Assembly: GCA_009712635.1 (NCBI GenBank)
Contig: WASS01000029.1
Span: forward strand, 167,276-231,275
DNA: 64,000 nucleotides
From: Hungatella sp.
GTDB lineage: Bacteria; Bacillota; Clostridia; Lachnospirales; Lachnospiraceae
Direction of reading: 5' to 3'
The position numbers were made by a program, and so were the translations under genes. How positions within the stretch are numbered: the stretch's first letter is position 1; the number at the start of each line of letters is the position of its first letter. Below the pieces are notes generated by a model. It searched no databases. It saw only the letters and a list, made by a program, of their open reading frames with translations, and was not told the origin of the DNA. Positions 20,103-28,075 of the stretch are shown piece by piece.

Positions 20103-22793
20103 ATGAGTGAATTAAGACCTAAAATAGTAAAGCTTGCTAAAATGGTGGGCGGTATTGCAGGAGTCATGAACAAAATTGATGAAAATTCTCCCGAATACTA
20201 TTCACTGGACTGTGTTGTAACCGATGACATGGCTGATATTGCCATGATTATTGGACTGCGCAAACCCCGCACCTTCGAGTACATAGCAAAACGTTCCGGA
20301 AAAAGTAAGAAAGAAACAAAGCTCCTTTTAGAACAGCTGGCTTACACCGGTGTAGCCAAAGTATGGAAAGATAAGGAAGATCAGAAAGACCGCTACTTCG
20401 TAAATATCTTTGCTCCCGGTATGCTGGAGATGATGGTAAATAACCGAGAGCAGCTGAACGAGCACCCGGAAATCGGAAAAGCTTTTGAAGAATATACCAG
20501 GCTGCGTCTTGCACCCATGGCCGCCAAATTCCCTCAGGGAATGGCAATGATGCGTGTTATTCCTGTAGAAGAAGCCATAAAGGACATTAAAGGTACAAAA
20601 CCATGGGAGCATCTTTCCTACTATCTGGATAAGTATGATACATTTTCCGTATCTGACTGTTCCTGCCGCCAGTCACGCCGTGTGATTGAGGAGGGCTGCG
20701 GCCACCTGGAAAAAGATATCTGTATCCAGATGGGAGAAGGTGCTGAATATTATATCAAGACAGGCAGAGGCCGCCAGATTACCCGGGAAGAAGCAAAGGA
20801 AATTATCAAATTCGCAGAAAATAACGGCCTGATGCATGAAATGCCCCATACCGACGGACTGGGTGAATCAGCGGCAATCTGTAACTGCTGTGGCTGCGCA
20901 TGCTTTTCCCTGCGTCTTGCAACTCTTTTTAATACCCCGGATTCCATACGTTCCAATTTTACTGCCAGGGTTAAGAAAGAAAATTGTGTGGCCTGCGGAC
21001 AGTGTGTGGAGAACTGCCCCGTGAATGCGTTAACACTTGGCCAAAAGCTCTGCTCCAAAACACCTGTCACCATAAAGGCAGAACCGACTGCCCGCGACCA
21101 TATCTGGAAAGAAAGCAACTGGAATGTGGATTACCGGGAGAACCGGAAAGATGTTTCAGAAGAAGGTACCTCTCCATGTAAGACTGCCTGTCCGGCCCAT
21201 ATTTCCGTACAGGGATACATAAAGCTTGCTGCTTCCGGACGTTACCGGGAAGCATTGGAACTGATAAAAAAAGAAAACCCGTTCCCTGCTGTCTGCGGAC
21301 GGATCTGCCCCCACGGCTGCGAAAGTGAATGTACCCGCGGAGACATTGATGAACCGGTTTCCATTGATGAAATTAAAAAATTTATTGCGGATAAAGAACT
21401 GGATGAATCGGTTCGCTATATTCCGCCCATGCGTTATAATCTGGGCAATAAAATTGCTGTGGTTGGTTCTGGTCCCTCCGGACTTTCCTGTGCTTATTAC
21501 CTGGCAATTGACGGATACAAGGTAACTGTATTTGAAAAGGAAGAAAAACTGGGCGGTATGTTAACCCTTGGTATTCCTTCTTTCCGTCTGGAGAAAGAGG
21601 TTCTTAATGCTGAAATTGATGTTTTGCGGGAAATGGGTGTTTCCTTTAAAACGGGAGTTGAAGTTGGAAAAGATATTACCCTGAATCAGCTTCGTGAAGA
21701 AGGATATGAAGCGTTTTATCTGGCAATCGGAGCACAGGGCGGCAGACGTCTTGGTATTGAAGGGGAAGAAGCCCAGGGTGTCATTTCTGGAGTTGATTTC
21801 CTACGTAATGTGAATCTTGGAAGAAAGTCAGAATTATCCGGCAACGTAGTTGTGATCGGTGGAGGAAATGTAGCCATTGATGTGGCTCGTACTGCAAAAA
21901 GACAGGGGGCAGAGGAGATTCATCTTTACTGTCTGGAAAGTCCTGGTGAAATGCCGGCATTACCAGAGGAAATTGAAGAGGCGAAAGAAGACAGCGTATC
22001 CTTCCACAATGGCTGGGGGCCTAAGCGCATTCTGACGGAAGACGGTAAGGTAACCGGAGTGGAATTGAAACGGTGCACCAGTGTCTTTGACGCAGACCAC
22101 CGTTTTGCGCCTAAGTATGATGAGAACGATACGATCATTGTTAAAGCTGATTCTGTGCTGCTTTCCGTTGGTCAGTCAATAGAATGGGGCGGACTTCTTT
22201 CCGGCAGCAGGGTGGAACTGGGACGAGGCGGTAACGCATACGCTGACAGTCTCACATTACAGACAGCAGAGCCTGACGTTTTTGTAGGTGGAGACTGCTT
22301 TACCGGTCCTAAATTCGCAATCCATGCCATTGCATCTGGAAAAGAAGGTGCCATCTCCATTCACCGTTATGTACAGCCTGGTCAGTCTCTTGTATTTGGC
22401 CGTGACCGCCGTGAATATCACGCATTTGACAAGAACAACATTGCCATCGGGATACAGGATTTTGATATGACACCCCGCCAGAGACCGGGCCATTCTCCTG
22501 AGAAAAAAGGTACATTTCATGATGAACGAATGACCTTTACAGAGGAACAGTTAAAGAAAGAGACGGAACGCTGCCTTGGATGCGGTACGGTAGAAATCGA
22601 CAGCTACAAGTGTATTGGATGCGGCTTATGTACCACCAAATGTAAATTTGATGCAATCAGTCTGGAACGGACTTATGATACAGTTCCCAATACCTATGAA
22701 AAACTTCCTGTCAAGATTGCAACAAATGCAATTGTACGTACTGGAAAGATTGCTGCCACAACTCTCAAAGAAAGCGTCATTAATAGAAGCTGA
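20103..22793 (+). CDS. multidomain Fe-S flavoprotein: unusual N-terminal Cys-cluster domain + 4Fe-4S ferredoxin + GltD/NfnB/SudA-like NAD(P)H-FAD oxidoreductase + C-terminal 2x[4Fe-4S]
   Basis: The protein has five recognisable regions in order. aa 180-270 carry CSCRQSRR..CGH..DIC..AICNCCGCAC. CVACGQCVENCP follows. Then comes the GltD-like core, CKTACPAH...NPFPAVCGRICPHGCESECTRG. There are two Rossmann folds, VAVVGSGPSGL and VVVIGGGNVAIDVA. The C-terminus is CLGCGTVEIDSYKCIGCGLCTTKC. It is 896 aa. Confidence 0.7.
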   Translation: MSELRPKIVKLAKMVGGIAGVMNKIDENSPEYYSLDCVVTDDMADIAMIIGLRKPRTFEYIAKRSGKSKKETKLLLEQLAYTGVAKVWKDKEDQKDRYFVNIFAPGMLEMMVNNREQLNEHPEIGKAFEEYTRLRLAPMAAKFPQGMAMMRVIPVEEAIKDIKGTKPWEHLSYYLDKYDTFSVSDCSCRQSRRVIEEGCGHLEKDICIQMGEGAEYYIKTGRGRQITREEAKEIIKFAENNGLMHEMPHTDGLGESAAICNCCGCACFSLRLATLFNTPDSIRSNFTARVKKENCVACGQCVENCPVNALTLGQKLCSKTPVTIKAEPTARDHIWKESNWNVDYRENRKDVSEEGTSPCKTACPAHISVQGYIKLAASGRYREALELIKKENPFPAVCGRICPHGCESECTRGDIDEPVSIDEIKKFIADKELDESVRYIPPMRYNLGNKIAVVGSGPSGLSCAYYLAIDGYKVTVFEKEEKLGGMLTLGIPSFRLEKEVLNAEIDVLREMGVSFKTGVEVGKDITLNQLREEGYEAFYLAIGAQGGRRLGIEGEEAQGVISGVDFLRNVNLGRKSELSGNVVVIGGGNVAIDVARTAKRQGAEEIHLYCLESPGEMPALPEEIEEAKEDSVSFHNGWGPKRILTEDGKVTGVELKRCTSVFDADHRFAPKYDENDTIIVKADSVLLSVGQSIEWGGLLSGSRVELGRGGNAYADSLTLQTAEPDVFVGGDCFTGPKFAIHAIASGKEGAISIHRYVQPGQSLVFGRDRREYHAFDKNNIAIGIQDFDMTPRQRPGHSPEKKGTFHDERMTFTEEQLKKETERCLGCGTVEIDSYKCIGCGLCTTKCKFDAISLERTYDTVPNTYEKLPVKIATNAIVRTGKIAATTLKESVINRS

Positions 22794-22812
22794 ATAGAAG
22801 AGGAGAGGTAAT

Positions 22813-23154
22813 ATGCATGAGCTTGGTGTACTAAACTCTATGGTACATACCATTGAGCGTATCGTAAAAGAGCAGAACGTGACAGAGGTCAGCAAACTTG
22901 TCATTGAGGTAGGCGAGCTTTCCGGTATTGTTCCCAGATACTTGGAGCAGAGCTGGCCAGCTGCTTCCTATAAGACCTTTATGGAAAAAACAGAGCTGGA
23001 GCTTATTGTCATTCCAGGTATTGTAAAGTGCAAAGGGTGCGGCAGGGTATTTAATGCCGTTTACAGTGATTTATCCTGTCCTGACTGCGGCAGCAGTGAT
23101 ATGGAAATTTTAGAGGGTGATGACATGATAATTAAAGAGATCCTGTGCTGCTAA
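22813..23154 (+). CDS. hypA: hydrogenase nickel-insertion protein HypA
   Basis: It has the MHE N-terminus and the C-terminal Zn site CKGCG...CPDCGS. Confidence 0.85.
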   Translation: MHELGVLNSMVHTIERIVKEQNVTEVSKLVIEVGELSGIVPRYLEQSWPAASYKTFMEKTELELIVIPGIVKCKGCGRVFNAVYSDLSCPDCGSSDMEILEGDDMIIKEILCC

Positions 23155-23245
23155 AGATCCCAATTAAAAAACAGACGTTTTCTATAATGAAAAATGTACC
23201 TGACATGGAATTTCATTTAGAAAATGTCTGTTTTTACTATAATTT

Positions 23246-23992
23246 TTATAAAGGACATTGATAACGTGGTTTCCCTGCACTGCTTTTACCATATTCAATG
23301 GCTTCAACCGGACATTTACAGATACAAGCCATGCAGTGTGTGCAATTTTTACCCCACACAGGCTTATTTTCTTTTAATTCAATATTGTTCAAAGGGCATA
23401 CCACCTTGCACTTACCGCAACCGATACATTTGTCATTTTCTTTAAATTTATCCGCTTTTACAACAAAACGGTAAAACACAGGATTCGTAAAGGAGCTCTT
23501 AATCCTGTCAGCAGTAGATGGGGTTCGTTTCTGAAAGAAAGAATTATGTAAAATTACCTCCACACAATCCTCAATGGCTGGTTCAGCATGTTGAATGATA
23601 CGTTTTGCCTCTGCGGCTTCTGGTGCATCATAAAGAGCAATGTAATTTTCCGGCATTATGATCTCCTTTACACCCTTAAAAGAGAACGTCTTCGTTTGAC
23701 ATAGTCTTATCAGATACTTTTCCGCATTTCCAATATCGCTGCCACAATTCATGACAAAATAAGCATCTGTATTTGGTGAGAACTCTGTTCGGTTAATCCA
23801 CTCTTCAACAACTTTAGGAATTCTCCACGCATAGGTTGGTAAGACAAACACAAGTGGTTTCTTTGATTCTACCGGTGTATTGTCATTTTTCTTAATTCTG
23901 TCATTTATGCACAGTAATTCATCCTGTAATGCTTGTGATAATTTCTTCGCTATATATAAACTATTCCCTGTTCCTGTAAAATAAAGAATCAT
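23246..23992 (-). CDS. EFR1-family flavodoxin-like protein with C-terminal 2x[4Fe-4S] ferredoxin domain
   Basis: A flavodoxin-like N-terminus (ILYFTGTGNS) is followed by CIGCGKCKVVCP and CTHCMACICKCP. Confidence 0.6.
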   Translation of the reverse strand: MILYFTGTGNSLYIAKKLSQALQDELLCINDRIKKNDNTPVESKKPLVFVLPTYAWRIPKVVEEWINRTEFSPNTDAYFVMNCGSDIGNAEKYLIRLCQTKTFSFKGVKEIIMPENYIALYDAPEAAEAKRIIQHAEPAIEDCVEVILHNSFFQKRTPSTADRIKSSFTNPVFYRFVVKADKFKENDKCIGCGKCKVVCPLNNIELKENKPVWGKNCTHCMACICKCPVEAIEYGKSSAGKPRYQCPL

Positions 23993-24348
23993 ATCAATTC
24001 ACCACTCCGATCCGGCACGTCTTCCATAATTTTTTTAATATCTGAAAATAAAGTGATCAAGCTCCCCAGTGTATTATCATCAGGATCCAGATAGTAATAG
24101 ATGCAGGTCCCTTCTTTCCTTGATTTTACGATACCTGAATTTTTTAGAATCTGCATATGATGGGAAACCGCAGGTCTGGACAGATTTGTTTTTTGGGCGA
24201 TCTCTATCACACGGCTTCCGGAACACTCGCTTTTTAACATGATACAAAGTATATGCTGCCGCATTTCATCACCAAATGCAGTTAACACCTTCTGACAGGA
24301 TTGAAACTCGGCTTCTAATCGTTCAATATCCTCCAACGTATCTTTCAC
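23989..24348 (-). CDS. ArsR/SmtB-family HTH regulator
   Basis: It has a wHTH (IAQKTNLSRPAVSHHMQILKNSGIV) and a GTG start, and overlaps the EFR1 gene by 4 nt. Confidence 0.75.
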   Translation of the reverse strand: MKDTLEDIERLEAEFQSCQKVLTAFGDEMRQHILCIMLKSECSGSRVIEIAQKTNLSRPAVSHHMQILKNSGIVKSRKEGTCIYYYLDPDDNTLGSLITLFSDIKKIMEDVPDRSGELI

Positions 24349-24450
24349 ATGACACCTCCAAACTGTTTAAAAACTTGAACAATTAATAATATATCACAAT
24401 TATCAGCGGAAAGTTCATTTGTAAAGAAAATCGAGATGGTTATCAGATAT

Positions 24451-24993
24451 TTACATACCCGAAAGCTGTAATAGCTTTTTCGCTGTATTTGCATTTCTGA
24501 TTGTGACACTATTATATGCTGACCTCCCCACGATCTTTGACCACCTTGTTTTAGAAAATGTTTTTATGGGTGCTGACCAGAATATTATCTGTCCGTAATA
24601 ACTCACCTGTTCATATTCCTCTTTGGCAATACCAACCTCGTCTATAATCTCCGCCGCAGTGACAGGGGGTATGACAAAAATTGCATTGTGTTTTGATTGT
24701 TCATCGTGATCCCACCAGGCAGGTGCATTGTACAGGGCGGCGGATAAATCTTTGGCTGATATAATTGTAACAGCGATGTTTAAACGAAAACAATTTGATA
24801 TTGCTGATTCGCAAACCTTTTTGACTTCTTCTTTATCCTCGTTATCACAGGAGAAAATGACATTTCCACTGTTGATATAGGTGATAACATCTCCATATCC
24901 ACAATCCTCAAACATCTTTTTTAATTCTGGCATTGATATTTTATTTTTACCGCCAACGTTAATGCCACGTAACAACGCAATATATTTTTGCAT
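24451..24993 (-). CDS. DUF1697-family protein
   Basis: The motif ALLRGINVGGKNKI is the DUF1697 hallmark. I trimmed the start to the ATG with a GAAAGGA RBS. Confidence 0.65.
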   Translation of the reverse strand: MQKYIALLRGINVGGKNKISMPELKKMFEDCGYGDVITYINSGNVIFSCDNEDKEEVKKVCESAISNCFRLNIAVTIISAKDLSAALYNAPAWWDHDEQSKHNAIFVIPPVTAAEIIDEVGIAKEEYEQVSYYGQIIFWSAPIKTFSKTRWSKIVGRSAYNSVTIRNANTAKKLLQLSGM

Positions 24994-25119
24994 AAGCATA
25001 TCCTTTCTCAGCTTTTGATTAAAATGTATCATTGATAAAAACATCATATCACATGTATAATTAATCTTACCATAATAAAATAATTAGTTTTGCAGTTGGG
25101 GTGAAGGGAGCAAATTGAT

Positions 25120-25755
25120 ATGTATCATATTGTACAAATTAAAGCAGGGTCAAATTGTTATCTTGTTTCGGAAAATGATTCATCAATCCTTGTAGATACG
25201 GGATTAAAGGGAAATGAACAAAAAATATTAAATGCGTGCGAAGGAAAAAACGTAACACTTATCGTACTTACCCATGGTCACATCGATCATATACAAAATG
25301 CAGCATATCTTGCAAAACAACTGCAGGTTCCCATCGCCATGCACGAAAAAGATGTAGAGCTAATACAGAATAATTTGTGCCGTGTAATGAAATCAAATGG
25401 ATTTCCAGGCAATATAATAAGATTTTTCTCAGTTATCAGTGCTAAATACGCAAAAATCCAAACTTTTATGCCAGACGTTATGCTAAAGGAGGGGGATCAA
25501 CTACAGGATTATGGAATCGATGGGGAGATAATCGAATTGCCCGGACATACTCAGGGATCCATTGGAATTAAGCTAGGAGACCAAAGTCTATTGGCTGGTG
25601 ATGCATTAATGAATTTTTTTACACCAGGAATTTCGTTATTGTATGAAGATTATGAACAAATGCAAAAGAGTGCAAAAAGAATATCCAATATGGGCAGGCA
25701 CATGATTTATTTCGGACATGGAAATGCAGTAGAAAACCGGACATGGGTAAAATAA
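25120..25755 (+). CDS. MBL-fold metallo-hydrolase
   Basis: The metal-binding motif THGHIDH is present, along with downstream His/Asp ligands. Confidence 0.8.
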   Translation: MYHIVQIKAGSNCYLVSENDSSILVDTGLKGNEQKILNACEGKNVTLIVLTHGHIDHIQNAAYLAKQLQVPIAMHEKDVELIQNNLCRVMKSNGFPGNIIRFFSVISAKYAKIQTFMPDVMLKEGDQLQDYGIDGEIIELPGHTQGSIGIKLGDQSLLAGDALMNFFTPGISLLYEDYEQMQKSAKRISNMGRHMIYFGHGNAVENRTWVK

Positions 25756-25855
25756 TACTTGACTAATCATTCTAGAAAAGATATACTTGGGACGAATTAA
25801 GAACGATCGTTCTACAATTTGAAACAGTAAAATATATCATAAGGAGCAGATTAAA

Positions 25856-26662
25856 ATGGGTCTAATAACTGTAAATGAAGAAAGCTGTATTAAATGCGGG
25901 TTATGTGCAGAGGAATGTCCAAAAGCAATTATAAAAATGGAGACATCTGGTCCGGTAGAGGTGAACCCGGAAGGATGCATCGCCTGTGGTCATTGTGTTG
26001 CCATTTGTCCAAAGGAAGCCATGGACAACGTGAAATCACCCCTTGCACAGCAAGGTGCAATTGGAGATATGCCAAAATTGAGTCCTCAGGAAGCAAAGAA
26101 TTTTATCCGGACACGTCGTTCCATACGTTCCTATCAGAATAAACCAGTAGAAAGAGAAAAGCTGCTTCAGCTGGTTGAGGTGGCTAATTTAGCACCCACT
26201 GCCAGTAATACACAAGGAATTTCATACATGATTATAGACGATAAGAAAAAGATTGAAGCGATAGTAGAAGAATATGTGAACTGGGTTGAAAATCATGAGA
26301 TCTATGGTAAAATACTGAATGGAATTACAAAAGGATACAGAGAAAATAAGGTAGATACTATTTTAAGAAGCGCTCCCAGTATCATACTGGCATTAGCGGA
26401 TAAAAACTTTTCTCATGGCAGAGAAAACTCCATTTTCTCATTAACTTATCTTGAATTATTTGCTCCATCTCTGGATCTGGGATCTTGTTGGGCTGGATTA
26501 TTGGAAATTTGTGCACGAAGTGAAGGTTCCCCCATGCATAAGCTTCTAAATATACCGGAAGAAAAACAGATTACAGGTTGTGTCATGGTAGGTTATCCAA
26601 AGTATAGCTATAAACGTTTTACAGAAAGACAACCGGTATCTGTAACATTTTATCAGGAATAG
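25856..26662 (+). CDS. nitroreductase with N-terminal 2x[4Fe-4S] ferredoxin domain
   Basis: CIKCGLCAEECP and CIACGHCVAICP are followed by a nitroreductase fold (RRSIRSY). Confidence 0.8.
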   Translation: MGLITVNEESCIKCGLCAEECPKAIIKMETSGPVEVNPEGCIACGHCVAICPKEAMDNVKSPLAQQGAIGDMPKLSPQEAKNFIRTRRSIRSYQNKPVEREKLLQLVEVANLAPTASNTQGISYMIIDDKKKIEAIVEEYVNWVENHEIYGKILNGITKGYRENKVDTILRSAPSIILALADKNFSHGRENSIFSLTYLELFAPSLDLGSCWAGLLEICARSEGSPMHKLLNIPEEKQITGCVMVGYPKYSYKRFTERQPVSVTFYQE

Positions 26663-26717
26663 ATAAGAAGCCGCCGGTTCAGTCAATGTTACCATATAAA
26701 TATTGGGAGGTGATCAG

Positions 26718-27302
26718 ATGGGGCGAAATAAGGAATTTGAAGAAGAAGCTGTTCTCCAGAAAGCGATGGAATTGTTTTGGAAACAGGGATATGAAAAAAC
26801 TTCTATGAGCGATCTGGTAGAGTACATGGGGATTCATCGAAAAAGTCTTTATGACACATTCGGGGATAAGCATGCGCTGTATCTAAAGGCTATCGACTAC
26901 TATAGTGTCAGTATCTCTGAGAGATTAAAAACTGTGATATCACAGGCAGGTACTGCAAATGAGGGTATTAAAAATATATTTGATATCATGATTAATGGCA
27001 CTAATGAGAGACCATGGGGGTGTTTTATCGTAAACGCTGCTACTGAGCTGGCTCTTAGGGATAAAGAAGTAGAAGAAAAGATAGAAGCTGTATTCGCCCG
27101 ATCAGAAAAGCTTATGGGAGATTTAGTCCGAAAAGGACAGGAGACCGGTGAATTCTCATGCGGTTTAAGTGGGGAGGCATTGGGAGAAATTCTGCATTGT
27201 ACATTACTTGGTATCCGGGTATATACCAGGACTTCAACAAGCAGGGACAAGTTAAACCATTTAGCAGATAATTTCCTTCAATTACTAAAAAATCAGAATT
27301 AA
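26718..27302 (+). CDS. TetR/AcrR-family regulator
   Basis: It has a TetR HTH (GYEKTSMSDLVEYMGIHRKSLYDTFGDKHALY). I trimmed the start to the ATG after GGGAGG. Confidence 0.8.
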   Translation: MGRNKEFEEEAVLQKAMELFWKQGYEKTSMSDLVEYMGIHRKSLYDTFGDKHALYLKAIDYYSVSISERLKTVISQAGTANEGIKNIFDIMINGTNERPWGCFIVNAATELALRDKEVEEKIEAVFARSEKLMGDLVRKGQETGEFSCGLSGEALGEILHCTLLGIRVYTRTSTSRDKLNHLADNFLQLLKNQN

Positions 27303-27391
27303 GAGAAAAGCAAGAAGATTTTAACGGAAGATCATTGTCCGCTAAAATCTTCTTTTTAAAATCTTTAAAAATAAATAGAATATCCTTTACA

Positions 27392-27444
27392 AGCGACCGG
27401 TAGTCGCTATATAATGAATGTATAAGAAGCGACCGTTGGTCGCT
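27392..27444 (+). promoter_or_regulatory. two near-identical palindromic operators (AGCGACC-N3-GGTCGCT) flanking a TATATAAT box
   Basis: agcgaccggtagtcgct lies at 27392-408 and agcgaccgttggtcgct at 27428-444, with tatataat between them. This is typical TetR operator geometry. Confidence 0.5.
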
Positions 27445-27463
27445 ATAAGGGGGGTATTATCAC

Positions 27464-28075
27464 ATGCCAAAAGGAATTATGCTTTCACTTCAACAGCAGG
27501 AAGCGCGCAGGGAAGAAATTACCGGCATTGCCTTGCGGCTTATAGCCGAAAATGGATTTCAGAAAACATCGATGCGGGAAATTGCAGTTTTAGCCAACAT
27601 GGGAAAGTCCAGTTTGTATGATTATTTTAAAACCAAAGACGAGATTGTTGTATATGCATTTGAGAAGGTAATAGAAGAGAACATACAAAACATACACAAA
27701 ATCATTTCTGAGGAATCCTCTCCAGAGCAGTGTCTTAGAAAGATCATGCTGAATCATCTTACTGTTCCAAAACAGTATCGATCTGTGATGATTTGGTTAA
27801 ATGCGGAATCGGACTATTTAGAGGAAGATTACCGAAACAGGCTGAAAGCTGCACGTTACAAATATCAGGATAGTATTCAAGGGGTGATTGAAAACGGAGT
27901 GGATGCAGGCGTTTTTCGCAGGACTGATGCAGCCCTTATGACACGTTTGCTGCTAAATTCCGTTATAGCAATTGTCTACACGTCCCGTCCGTCTGCCAGT
28001 ATGGAGAAAATGCTGGATGAAACAATAAATATATTTCTGCACGGAATCATGAATGGGGGGAAGGATTATGATTGA
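27464..28075 (+). CDS. TetR/AcrR-family regulator
   Basis: It has a TetR HTH (GFQKTSMREIAVLANMGKSSLYDYFKTKDEI). The stop overlaps the next gene. Confidence 0.85.
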   Translation: MPKGIMLSLQQQEARREEITGIALRLIAENGFQKTSMREIAVLANMGKSSLYDYFKTKDEIVVYAFEKVIEENIQNIHKIISEESSPEQCLRKIMLNHLTVPKQYRSVMIWLNAESDYLEEDYRNRLKAARYKYQDSIQGVIENGVDAGVFRRTDAALMTRLLLNSVIAIVYTSRPSASMEKMLDETINIFLHGIMNGGKDYD

